From the NCBI GenBank assembly GCA_964016885.1, contig OZ024740.1:291276001-291340000 (forward strand): a stretch of DNA of 64,000 bases. Reading direction: 5' to 3'. The notes beneath the pieces are model-generated. The model did not search any database, had not been told where the DNA came from, and saw only the letters and a program-made list of their open reading frames with translations. Source of the DNA: Eledone cirrhosa (Eukaryota). The position numbers and the translations under genes were made by a program. Numbering within the stretch: the stretch's first letter is position 1; every line of letters begins with the position of its first letter. Of this stretch, positions 25,701-38,800 are shown piece by piece.

Positions 25701-27637
25701 TTATGAGCCTAAAGGAGTATTATCCTTAGGTCTGCTATTGAAATGTCTTCCCATTCTAGTCCTTGGAAATATTTGGGGGATTTTTCTGTATATCTTCTCA
25801 TCACTCCAGATTTTTTTACAAATTTTCCGACTTCTATGGAAGGGAGGTCTTCAATGATTATTTCCTCCTTCTGTATTTCTCTGTAAATTATTTTGGCATT
25901 GGATGTGGACAGCTTATTTTGCTTCTAAAAATTGTTTTTTTTTTTCTCGAATCTGCTATGTAAATTATTGTATTGTGTTGTGTGTGATGTTTTGTGTTTT
26001 ACTGTTATGGCAGTGATTGTATAGAGTGTGTCTACGTGTCTTTGGTTATATTATTTGGTGACAGTTGTTTATAATATGTGTCGTTATTGGCTATTAGTAA
26101 TGTTTAGAATGTGTTGTAGAATCAGGTGTCAATTATGAAAGAGTTTGTATTGTGTTGACCTTGAGAAGGGATGGGCTCCACCAGGTTTAAAGTGCACAAG
26201 ACACAGTATGTCATGAAGGTACTACTATGAAACCATCAACAATTACTGGTCCATCCATCCATCCATCTATCCATACATACATACATACATACATACATAC
26301 ATACATACATACATACATACATACATACATGGTGTTATTTTCTCGGGTGATAATTTTACAAGTTTGAAGTGATAATTTTACAGGTGTGTAGTGGTAATTT
26401 TACTGGTGTGTAGTATTAATTTTACAGGTGTGTAGTGGTAATTTTACTGGTGTGCAGTGTTAATTCTATAGGTGTATATATAGTATGTGAGTTCATCATC
26501 ATCATCATCATCATTTTACGTCCACTTTTCGCTGCTTGCAAGGGTGGGATGGGAACTCATTCTGGCTTGATTTCTACAGCTGGATGCCCTAGAAAAAAAC
26601 TGAAGAAGTATGAACCCCTATATGTAACTCATGACCAGGATTGAACCTCAAACCAGGACCTCCACCATCTCTGGTATCTCCCACCAGACCACCATGAAGG
26701 TTATGCATAGAATTTACTGTCTGAGTGGTTCAAAGGATTGATTTCAAAGTATCTTGCTTGGGATGTGAGCTGTGCCTAACAGAGCTATTATTTAGATCGC
26801 CAACCTTTCAGATCTCATGGACCACTAAATTCATAATTTTAAATCCCACGGACTACTAATATGAATTAATGGTCAATGGTCGAACAATACTGAAGTGTAT
26901 ATGTGTCATATTGTCGATAGATGATACATATGTGTAAAATTCTTTCATGGGTGTTAGTTCTTTACTGAGGAGAAACATTTTTTAGGGGGGAGGGGAGGGG
27001 GTTATAAAATATATTTTAACCAAATATTATTTTTCTACTATTATTAATGAAACATTAAAATTGCAAATAATGTCCACATTTTTCTGCAGACCACCAAAAT
27101 GTTCTCTTGGACCACCAGTGGTGTTGTGGTTTTTATGCTTTTTTTTTTTCATATTTTTATCATACCTAATGCTGATTTCAATTTCAGGATTTTAGTATAT
27201 GAGTTTCATTCAGTCAGTCAGTTATTATCATTACTGTCTATTTTCCACGTTAGCATGGGTTTGATAGGTTGTTATGTTCTGAGACAAGTTAGAACAGGTG
27301 ATTGTGTCTTGCTCATATGGATCTGTTTTTCACTTGGTTTCTACAGCTGGATGTCCTTTCTAATGCCAACCATATTACAAAGTGGACTGGGTGTTTTTTT
27401 ATCATGGGACCTGTACGACCACCTACTAGGTGAACTGGGGTTGTTTTATCATGCCACTAGCGTGAAGACCTTAGAGGGTGGACTGGGTGTTTTTGTTGTT
27501 GCAGCACCAGCCCTATCACCATATAGTTTCAGTAAAATATGATTGTGACATCAATACAAATCAGAATACTGGGATCTCATTCCAATCCTTGATTAGTTTA
27601 ATAATTCTATCTGGATGACTTGTCTTGATTATTTTCT

Positions 27638-28335
27638 TGTTAGCCCTGATAAATATGTCCCAGATTATTATAGTGTTAGCCCTGAAACATGTTTAAAATT
27701 ATTATAGTGTTAGCCCTGACAAACATGTCCCAGATTATTATAGTGTTAGCCCTGACAAACATGTCCCAGTTTATTATAGTGTTAGCCCTGACAAACATGT
27801 TTAAGATTATTATAGTATTAGCTCTGACAAACATGTCCCAGATTATTTCCTTGTTAACCCTGACAAACACGTCCTAGAGTATTTCCTTGTTAACCCCGAT
27901 GAACATGTCCCAGGTCATTTCCTTGTTAACCCTGATAAACATGTCCCAGGTCATTTCCTTGCTAACCCTGATAAACATGTCCCAGGTCATTTCCTTGTTA
28001 GCTCTGATAAACATGTCCCAGATTATTTCCTTGTTAACCCTAACAAACATGTCCCAGATTATTTCCTTGTTAACCCTGATGAACATGTCCCAGGTCATTT
28101 CCTTGTTAACCCTGATAAACATGTCCCAGGTCATTTCCTTGTTAGCTCTGATAAACATGTCCCAGATTATTTCCTTGTTAACCCTAACAAACATGTCCCA
28201 GATTATTTCCTTGTTAACCCTGATGAACATGTCCCAGGTCATTTCCTTGTTAACCCTGATAAACATGTCCCAGGTCATTTCCTTGTTAGCTCTGATAAAC
28301 ATGTCCCAGATTATTTCCTTGTTAGCCCTGACAAG
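27638..28335. repeat. Minisatellite, 36-bp unit, about 19 copies
   Basis: Unit GTTArCCCTGAyAAACATGTCCCAGrTyATTTCCTT, with a 144-bp (4-unit) sub-periodicity in the right half. Confidence 0.95.
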
Positions 28336-28916
28336 TATGACCACAGTATGTGACTGGTACTCTCCCTTTTAAACTCTCTTTTAAGGATATTTGCTTTCCT
28401 ATGAAACCATGATAACAGAACCTATGCACTCATTTCAGATTTCTACTGTTACAACAAATATCTGTGATACAACTGCCTCAGTGTGTATTTCAATCAACAT
28501 GTGTTCAAGATAAGACATTTGATAACGACTGTTAAACATTAAGACTTGAGAGCTGTTGCTGTGTTAGATTAAACTTCAAAGATACTTGTTAAATTGTAAT
28601 CAAAGTGTAAACATGAAAACATTATGTCAATAACATTGTTGAAATTTAGAAATTCATAACATATTCAACCAATTGAGTCATCATTGTCATTGGTAAAATC
28701 ATTAGAGTGTTAGACAAAATGCTTTGCAGAATTTGTCCTAAGTTTTAACACTGAGTTCAAATTTCACTTGAGTCAATTTTGCCTTTCATCCTTCTGGGAG
28801 TTATAAAGTAAGGTACCAGTTATGTAGTGTGAGTAATCAACTTTGATATTCTCCCAAATTTGCCTAAATTAGAACACAATGTTGTAAAGTTTAGATGTAT
28901 TATAACATATTAAACT

Positions 28917-28950
<34 letters not shown>

Positions 28951-29452
28951 GTTCACAAGAGCTCAAAATGATGGATTAGCAGAATTATTAGCGTGTTGGA
29001 TGAAATGTTTTGTGGCATTTGTGCAGGGTTTTTAAGCTCATAATCATCATTGTTTTTACATCTGTTTTTCCAGGCTTACTTGAATTGGACTGGTCCTTCT
29101 CATCACAGCATCTCTCCTGGTGGCTGTGGTGGTAGTAGTAGTAATTACATAGCTCATCGTTCATATATACATTTACATGAGTACTTGGGTCTTATGTTCT
29201 GTTTTGGTATTGTTTTGCTAGCTGGATGTTCTAACATCAACTACTTTACAGAGTGTACAGGGTGAATTTTATTGTGTCATCAACATTTGAGAGAGAGAGA
29301 GGGAAGGAGAGAAGAAGAGAGTGGGTGAGAGAAGTAGTGGGGGAGAAGAAGAGAGAGGGGAGAAGTTACTGTATCCCCTGTATCCACTTAACATTGTTTT
29401 TTGTTGTTTCAAAGTAAATGCGACTGGATGAGGGGGAGGGGTCTGATGGTCA

Positions 29453-32400
29453 TATGTGACTGGGTCGGTGATGACTGAGAGGGTCAAATGTGACTGGGTC
29501 GGTGATGACTGAGAGGGTCAAATGTGACTGGGTCGGTGATGACTGAGAGGGTCAAATGTGACTGGGTCGGTGATGACTGTGTTGGTCAAATGTGACTGGG
29601 TCGGTGATGACTGAGAGGGTCAAATGTGACTGGGTCGGTGATGACTGAGAGGGTCAAATGTGACTGGGTCGGTGATGACTGAGAGGGTCAAATGTGACTG
29701 GGTCGGTGATGACTGTGTTGGTCAAATGTGACTGGGTCGGTGATGACTGAGAGGGTCAAATGTGACTGGGTCGGTGATGACTGAGAGGGTCAAATGTGAC
29801 TGGGTCGGTGATGACTGAGAGGGTCAAATGTGACTGGGTCGGTGATGACTGAGAGGGTCAAATGTGACTGGGTCGGTGATGACTGAAAGGGTCAAATGTG
29901 ACTGGATCGGTGATGACTGAGAGGGTCAAATGTGACTGGGTCGGTGATGACTGAGAGGGTCAAATGTGACTGGGTCGGTGATGACTGAGAGGGTCAAATG
30001 TGACTGGGTCGGTGATGACTGAGAGGGTCAAATGTGACTGGATCGGTGATGACTGAGAGGGTCAAATGTGACTGGGTCGGTGATGACTGAGAGGGTCAAA
30101 TGTGACTGGGTCGGTGATGACTGAGAGGGTCAAATGTGACTGGGTCGGTGATGACTGAGAGGGTCAAATGTGACTGGGTCGGTGATGACTGAGAGGGTCA
30201 AATGTGACTGGGTCGGTGATGACTGAGAGGGTCAAATGTGACTGGGTCGGTGATGACTGAGAGGGTCAAATGTGACTGGGTCGGTGATGACTGAGAGGGT
30301 CAAATGTGACTGGGTCGGTGATGACTGAGAGGGTCAAATGTGACTGGGTCGGTGATGACTGAGAGGGTCAAATGTGACTGGGTCGGTGATGACTGTGTTG
30401 GTCAAATGTGACTGGGTCGGTGATGACTGTGTTGGTCAAATGTGACTGGGTCGGTGATGACTGAGAGGGTCAAATGTGACTGGGTCGGTGATGACTGTGT
30501 TGGTCAAATGTGACTGGGTCGGTGATGACTGTGTTGGTCAAATGTGACTGGGTCGGTGATGACTGAGAGGGTCAAATGTGACTGGGTCGGTGATGACTGA
30601 GAGGGTCAAATGTGACTGGGTCGGTGATGACTGAGAGGGTCAAATGTGACTGGGTCGGTGATGACTGAGAGGGTCAAATGTGACTGGGTCGGTGATGACT
30701 GAGAGGGTCAAATGTGACTGGGTCGGTGATGACTGAGAGGGTCAAATGTGACTGGGTCGGTGATGACTGTGTTGGTCAAATGTGACTGGGTCGGTGATGA
30801 CTGTGTTGGTCAAATGTGACTGGGTCGGTGATGACTGAGAGGGTCAAATGTGACTGGGTCGGTGATGACTGTGTTGGTCAAATGTGACTGGGTCGGTGAT
30901 GACTGTGTTGGTCAAATGTGACTGGGTCGGTGATGACTGAGAGGGTCAAATGTGACTGGGTCGGTGATGACTGTGTTGGTCAAATGTGACTGGGTCGGTG
31001 ATGACTGAGAGGGTCAAATGTGACTGGGTCGGTGATGACTGAGAGGGTCAAATGTGACTGGGTCGGTGATGACTGTGTTGGTCAAATGTGACTGGGTCGG
31101 TGATGACTGAGAGGGTCAAATGTGACTGGGTCGGTGATGACTGAGAGGGTCAAATGTGACTGGGTCGGTGATGACTGTGTTGGTCAAATGTGACTGGGTC
31201 GGTGATGACTGTGTTGGTCAAATGTGACTGGGTCGGTGATGACTGAGAGGGTCAAATGTGACTGGGTCGGTGATGACTGTGTTGGTCAAATGTGACTGGG
31301 TCGGTGATGACTGAGAGGGTCAAATGTGACTGTGTCGGTGATGACTGAGAGGGTCAAATGTGACTGGGTCGGTGATGACTGTGTTGGTCAAATGTGACTG
31401 GGTCGGTGATGACTGTGTTGGTCAAATGTGACTGGGTCGGTGATGACTGAGAGGGTCAAATGTGACTGGGTCGGTGATGACTGTGTTGGTCAAATGTGAC
31501 TGGGTCGGTGATGACTGAGAGGGTCAAATGTGACTGGGTCGGTGATGACTGAGAGGGTCAAATGTGACTGGGTCGGTGATGACTGTGTTGGTCAAATGTG
31601 ACTGGGTCGGTGATGACTGTGTTGGTCAAATGTGACTGGGTCGGTGATGACTGAGAGGGTCAAATGTGACTGGGTCGGTGATGACTGAGAGGGTCAAATG
31701 TGACTGGGTCGGTGATGACTGAGAGGGTCAAATGTGACTGGGTCGGTGATGACTGAGAGGGTCAAATGTGACTGGGTCGGTGATGACTGAGAGGGTCAAA
31801 TGTGACTGGATCGGTGATGACTGAGAGGGTCAAATGTGACTGGGTCGGTGATGACTGAGAGGGTCAAATGTGACTGGGTCGGTGATGACTGAGAGGGTCA
31901 AATGTGACTGGGTCGGTGATGACTGAGAGGGTCAAATGTGACTGGATCGGTGATGACTGAGAGGGTCAAATGTGACTGGGTCGGTGATGACTGAGAGGGT
32001 CAAATGTGACTGGGTCGGTGATGACTGAGAGGGTCAAATGTGACTGGGTCGGTGATGACTGAGAGGGTCAAATGTGACTGGGTCGGTGATGACTGAGAGG
32101 GTCAAATGTGACTGGGTCGGTGATGACTGAGAGGGTCAAATGTGACTGGGTCGGTGATGACTGAGAGGGTCAAATGTGACTGGGTCGGTGATGACTGAGA
32201 GGGTCAAATGTGACTGGGTCGGTGATGACTGAGAGGGTCAAATGTGACTGGGTCGGTGATGACTGTGTTGGTCAAATGTGACTGGGTCGGTGATGACTGT
32301 GTTGGTCAAATGTGACTGGGTCGGTGATGACTGAGAGGGTCAAATGTGACTGGGTCGGTGATGACTGAGAGGGTCAAATGTGACTGGGTCGGTGATGACT

Positions 32401-32900
32401 GAGAGGGTCAAATGTGACTGGGTCGGTGATGACTGAGAGGGTCAAATGTGACTGGGTCGGTGATGACTGAGAGGGTCAAATGTGACTGGGTCGGTGATGA
32501 CTGTGTTGGTCAAATGTGACTGGGTCGGTGATGACTGAGAGGGTCAAATGTGACTGGGTCGGTGATGACTGAGAGGGTCAAATGTGACTGGGTCGGTGAT
32601 GACTGAGAGGGTCAAATGTGACTGGGTCGGTGATGACTGAGAGGGTCAAATGTGACTGGGTCGGTGATGACTGAGAAGGTCAAATGTGACTGGGTCGGTG
32701 ATGACTGAGAAGGTCAAATGTAATTGTGTTGGTCAAATGTGACTGGGTCAGTGATGACTGAGAGGGTCAAATGTAATTGTGTTGGTCAAATGTGACTAGG
32801 TCAGTGATGACTGAGAGGGTCAAATGTGACTGGGTCGGTGATGACTGAAAGAGTCAAATGTGACTGTGTTGGTCAAATGTGACTGAGTGGATCAAATGTG
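29453..32900. repeat. Tandem array, 34-bp unit, about 100 copies
   Basis: Unit GTCAAATGTGACTGGGTCGGTGATGACT-(GAGAGG|GTGTTG). Confidence 0.98.
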
Positions 32901-33368
32901 ACAGAGAGGGGGTTGGAAAAGAGGAGGAGTGAGAGGGGGAGGTAATGGTGGAAAAGAGGTGGAGTAATGAAGGGGGCTGACAGTGAAAAAGAGGAGGAGT
33001 GAGAAAGGGAGGAGGTGATGGTGGAAAAGAAGTGGAATGATAGGAGGAAGTAATGGTGAAAAAGAGGTAGAGAGAAAGGAGGAAGTATTGGTGGAAAAGA
33101 GGTAGAGAGAAAGAGGGGGGCATTGGGAGAGAGATTGAATACAAACAGATTAAATCCTTCCCCAATACACAGATAGTGTAGCACCAAAAGTAGGAAAGAA
33201 GAGGACAGCATATGAACCATTAACAGGAATATAGCTATATCATAGATCCCAATCTACGTCAACATCACTACTACCATTTTAATGACTATTTTACCATTTA
33301 TATCAATGGTGAGGAAAGTATCACTAGTACCACATAGCACTAGTTCTTGCAGTCATTTCTCATCTTCT

Positions 33369-33854
33369 CTAACCCTTTAACATTTAAACCAGACATATCC
33401 GGCTAGCATTCTCTCACTCCTTTCTGTTCAAATCGGCTGCTCATACTTATGTTAAGGTACTGTTCTCAAAATAAATAATATCAACATTTCATAGATTCGA
33501 TATTATGTGAGTTTGGCGTTAGGAAGGGCATCCAGAAAACCAGCCCCAAAACACCCAGCCCACACTGTAAAGTGGACGTGGCAAAAAGCACCCAGAACAC
33601 ACTGTGAATGTGGTTGGCGTTAGGAAGGGCATCCAGCCATAGAAAACCAGCCAGAAACTCTCCTATATGAGAAAGATACGGTCACCTGACCCAACTTGCC
33701 TCTAAATGAGACAAACCCGTCTAACCCATGCTAGCGTGGAAGATATAAGTTAATCGACAACAATGATGATGATGATGATGAATTATGTGAAATAAAGCAT
33801 TTTCTTTGAAAATACAATAGTAAATATAGAGTAATGTAAATGCTAAAGGGTTAG
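33369..33854. mobile_element. piggyBac-like MITE interrupted by an RTE 3'-end insertion (33511-33781)
   Basis: Same MITE as 6141-6353. The insert is flanked by TSD ATTATGTGA (33502-33510, 33782-33790) and ends in (GAT)n. Confidence 0.8.
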
Positions 33855-34339
33855 CATATAATTAGTCTTCACCAGTTCATCTCCTGTGTTTCTTAGTTCC
33901 CCTTCCCTTTCAAAGGTTTCCTGCTTCTCAAGGACTTGGCCCTACATTTATACAACTGACATACTGACACCCTCTCTATGTATTACCTTCTTCTACCAGT
34001 GCAATCTTCTCTCTGGAATGTTACATCAAATTGCTCTTATTTCTAGCTTCTCTAATCAGTTCATTTGTGTTCCATCATTCATTGACACTCACATTACACA
34101 TTCAGTAGAGTATATTCAATTTATTTATTGCCATTTTAAAATCTCCACATTGATGCAACATGCTAGTTTGAATATATTACACAACTTTCAGTATTCAGTA
34201 TATATTGAAACAAGGTGCAATTTTGAGCCAATGATGAAGCCTCCATGTGGTCACTCAACATACTTGAAATAACAGTAAAATCTCCCTCAAATCACACCCT
34301 ACTACCATAAGATACAGAAAATAATATAGTCCTACATGC

Positions 34340-34765
34340 GTGGAGGCACTTTGCTTAGTGGTTAGAGCATTGGGCTTACAATTGTGAGGTTATGAATTCA
34401 ATTCTAGGACAGGGTGATGCATTGTGTCCTTGAGTAAGACACTTTATTTCATGTTGCTCCAGTTTACTTAGCTGTAGAAATGTCATTGGTACCGAGTCGT
34501 ATCGGCCATTACCTTTCTCTTGGACAACATCATATATAGTGTTATATAGTGTATATATAATGTAGATATAGTTTATATTGTGTGTATATATTAGTTGCAG
34601 CATCACTGGTGCCAAGCTGTATCAGCCATTGCCTTTCTCTTGGACAACATTGGTGGCATGGGCAACTGCTGGTCTTCCATAAGCAACCTTGCCCAGTCTT
34701 GTGTCTCAGAGGGAGAACTTTCTAGATGCAAATCCCATACTCATTCACGACCAAAGGAGGTTTTA
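34340..34765 (+). mobile_element. tRNA-derived CORE-like SINE
   Basis: A-box-like TGCTTAGTGG, B-box-like GAATTCAATTCT, then tgtgtccttgagtaagacacttta CORE-like segment. Confidence 0.7.
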
Positions 34766-35840
34766 CTGTACCTTTTACATACCCCTAACCTGGACTACTT
34801 TTAACCATAGATTTATTGAACCAGTTTTGACCAGGAGCTAAACAACAATAAAATGTTATCTATTGAATCAACATCATAAACTAAATGAAAAGGAAAATCT
34901 GTTGCATTCATGAGGATTAAGAATATTTATATACGTCAAATCTATCAATCTTCCTAAAAAAATCAATAACCACAGATCAGTTTATGTAGGGATATATATA
35001 CACCCACACACAAACACACTTGGAGGACCATTCAGTTTTGTCAAAGACATGACAACTTCTCTAGTGTGGGTGCCACAATAAAAAGCACTCAGTATAATGT
35101 GGGACTATATGTAAGTGTAATGCAGACCCCAGGCCTATCTTGGAGATCAGCAGTGCCACTTTAGTTCTGAATCAGACTGTGAAGACCCATCCAACTCTTG
35201 CTAACAGAGAAAGCAGATGTTAAATGAGGATGATGATGATGGTGGTAGTGGTGGTGGTGGTGGTGGTGGTGGTGGTGGTGATGAAGGTGGTGGTGGTGTT
35301 GAAGGTGGTGGTGGTGATGATGATGATGATGGTGATGATGATTATGATGATGATGAATAGTTATTTGTGTTTGATATATTTCAACAAGAATAAGTATTTA
35401 ATATGTATTTAATATGTCTCATCTATATGAATAAAAGTTGAATCGTGTCCGTCTGTGTGTCAGTCCACTCATGAGATGAATGAGTTGAAACAAAGGAAGG
35501 GGGATGGTGAAAATTCTACCGCGGGGAAAAAAAAAAAAATCAGCGTTTCAACTTTTGCACAAAGCTCTGTGTGGGTATATATGAGGGGTGTTTGTGTAAA
35601 AGTGTGTGTGTGTGTGAGAATGTATGAGTGTGTAAAAGGGAGGAAGGGGGGGGATGGTGTTAAAAACTATACTCATCATCAATATCATCATCATCATATT
35701 CATCATCATCCACGTCATCATCATCATCATAATCACCAGTATCATCACCATCAACATCATCACCTTCTTGAGATTCTGTTAAGGGACAGTATGGTACTGG
35801 GACATAGGATGATAAAATATGGCAATGGGGAGATAGGGTG

Positions 35841-38800
35841 GGAGGAGGCTAGAAAGGGTGGAATAACTACAGGAGGAGGGAGGCTACTAAGGGTGGAATA
35901 ACTACAGGAGGAGGGAGGCTAGTAAGGGTGGAATAACTACAGGAGGAGGGAGGCTAGTAAGGGTGGAATAACTACAGGTAGAAGGAGGCTAGTAAGGGTG
36001 GAATAACTACAGGTGGAAGGAGGTTAGTAAGGGTGGAACAACTACAGGTGGAAGGAGGCTAGTAAGGGTGGAATAACTACAGGTGGAAGGAGGCTAGAAA
36101 GGGTGGAATAACTACAGGTGGAAGGAGGCTAGTAAGGGTGGAATAACTACAGGTAGAGGGAGGCTAGTAAGGGTGGAATAACTACAGGTGGAAGGAGGTT
36201 AGTAAGGGTGGAATAACTACAGGAGGAGGGAGGCTAGTAAGGGTGGAATAACTACAGGTGGGGGGAGGCTACTAAGGGTGGAATAACTACAGGAGGAGGG
36301 AGGCTAGTAAGGGTGGAATAACTACAGGTGGAAGGAGGCTAGTAAGGGTGGAATAACTACAGGTGGAAGGAGGCTAGTAAGGGTGGAATAACTACAGGTG
36401 GAAGTAGGCTAGTAAGGGTGGAATAACTACAGGTGGAAGGAGGCTAGTAAGGGTGGAATAACTACAGGAGGAGGGAGGCTAGAAAGGGTGGAATAACTAC
36501 AGGTGGAAGGAGGCTAGTAAGGGTGGAATAACTACAGGAGGAGGGAGGCTAGTAAGGGTGGAATAACTACAGGTGGGGGGAGGCTACTAAGGGTGGAATA
36601 ACTACAGGAGGAGGGAGGCTAGTAAGGGTGGAATAACTACAGGTGGAAGGAGGCTAGTGAGGGTGGAATAACTACAGGTGGAAGGAGGCTAGTAAGGGTG
36701 GAATAACTACAGGTGGAAGGAGGCTAGTAAGGGTGGAATAACTACAGGTGGAAGGAGGCTAGTAAGGGTGGAATAACTACAGGTGGAAGGAGGCTAGTAA
36801 GGGTGGAATAACTACAGGTGGAAGGAGGCTAGTAAGTGTGGAATAACTACAGGTGGAAGGAGGCTAGTAAGGGTGGAATAACTACAGGTGGAAGGAGGCT
36901 AGTAAGGGTGGAATAACTACAGGAGGAGGGAGGCTAGTAAGGGTGGAATAACTACAGGTAGAGGGAGGCTAGTAAGGGTGGAATAACTACAGGTGGAAGG
37001 AGGCTAGTAAGGGTGGAATAACTACAGGTGGAAGGAGGCTAGTAAGGGTGGAATAACTACAGGTGGAAGGAGGCTAGTAAGGGTGGAATAACTACAGGTG
37101 GAGGGAGGCTAGTAAGGGTGGAATAACTACAGGTGGAAGGAGGCTAGTAAGGGTGGAATAACTACAGGTTGAAGGAGGCTAGTAAGGGTGGAATAACTAC
37201 AGGTGGAAGGAGGCTAGTAAGGGTGGAATAACTACAGGTAGAAGGAGGCTAGTAAGGGTGGAATAACTACAAGAGGAGGGAGGCTAGTAAGGGTGGAATA
37301 ACTACAGGAGGAGGGAGGCTAGTAAGGGTGGAATAACTACAGGTGGAAGGAGGCTAGTAAGGGTGGAATAACTACAGGAGGAGGGAGGCTAGTAAGGGTG
37401 GAATAAGTACAGGTAGAGGGAGGCTAGTAAGGGTGGAATAACTACAGGTGGAAGGAGGCTAGTAAGGGTGGAATAACTACAGGTGGAAGGAGGCTAGTAA
37501 GGGTAGAATAACTACAGGAGGAGGGAGGCTAGTAAGGGTGGAATAACTACAGGAGGAGGGGGTAGAAAGGGTGGAATAACTACAGGTAGAGGGAGGCTAG
37601 TAAGGGTGGAATAACTACAGGTGGAGGGGGTAGAAAGGGTGGAATAACTACAGGAGGAGGGAGGCTACTAAGGGTGGAATAACTACAGGAGGAGGGGGTA
37701 GAAAGGGTGGAATAACTACAGGTGGAGGGAGGCTACTAAGGGTGGAATAACTACAGGAGGAGGGAGGCTAGTAAGGGTGGAATAACTACAGGAGGAGGGA
37801 GGCTACTAAGGGTGGAATAACTACAGGAGGAGGGAGGCTACTAAGGGTGGAATAACTACAGGTGGAGGGAGGCTAGTAAGGGTGGAATAACTACAGGTGG
37901 AGGGAGGCTACTAAGGGTGGAATAACTACAGGAGGAGGGAGGCTAGTAAGGGTGGAATAACTACAGGAGGAGGGAGGCTACTAAGGGTGGAATAACTACA
38001 GGAGGAGGGAGGCTACTAAGGGTGGAATAACTACAGGTGGAGGGAGGCTAGTAAGGGTGGAATAACTACAGGAGGAGGGGGTAGAAAGGGTGGAATAACT
38101 ACAGGTGGAGGGAGGCTACTAAGGGTGGAATAACTACAGGAGGAGGGAGGCTAGTAAGGGTGGAATAACTACAGGAGGAGGGAGGCTACTAAGGGTGGAA
38201 TAACTACAGGAGGAGGGAGGCTACTAAGGGTGGAATAACTACAGGAGGAGGGAGGCTACTAAGGGTGGAATAACTACAGGAGGAGGGGGTAGAAAGGGTG
38301 GAATAACTACAGGTGGAGGGAGGCTACTAAGGGTGGAATAACTACAGGAGGAGGGAGGCTAGTAAGGGTGGAATAACTACAGGAGGAGGGAGGCTAGTGA
38401 GGGTGGAATAACTACAGGTGGAAGGAGGCTAGTAAGGGTGGAATAACTACAGGTGGAAGGAGGCTAGTAAGTGTGGAATAACTACAGGTGGAAGGAGGCT
38501 AGTAAGGGTGGAATAACTACAGGTGGAGGGAGGCTAGTAAGGGTGGAATAACTACAGGTGGAAGGAGGCTAGTAAGGGTGGAATAACTACAGGTGGAAGG
38601 AGGCTAGTAAGGGTGGAATAACTACAGGTGGAAGTAGGCTAGTAAGGGTGGAATAACTACAGGTGGAAGGAGGCTAGTAAGGGTGGAATAACTACAGGAG
38701 GAGGGAGGCTAGAAAGGGTGGAATAACTACAGGTGGAAGGAGGCTAGTAAGGGTGGAATAACTACAGGAGGAGGGAGGCTAGTAAGGGTGGAATAACTAC

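Noticed and set aside
27676-28372. Repetitive ORFs on both strands
   Set aside because: By-product of a 36-bp unit (a multiple of 3) lacking stops; no splice or domain support.
34340-34420. Functional tRNA gene
   Set aside because: The A and B boxes are degenerate and run into a SINE body; no cloverleaf.
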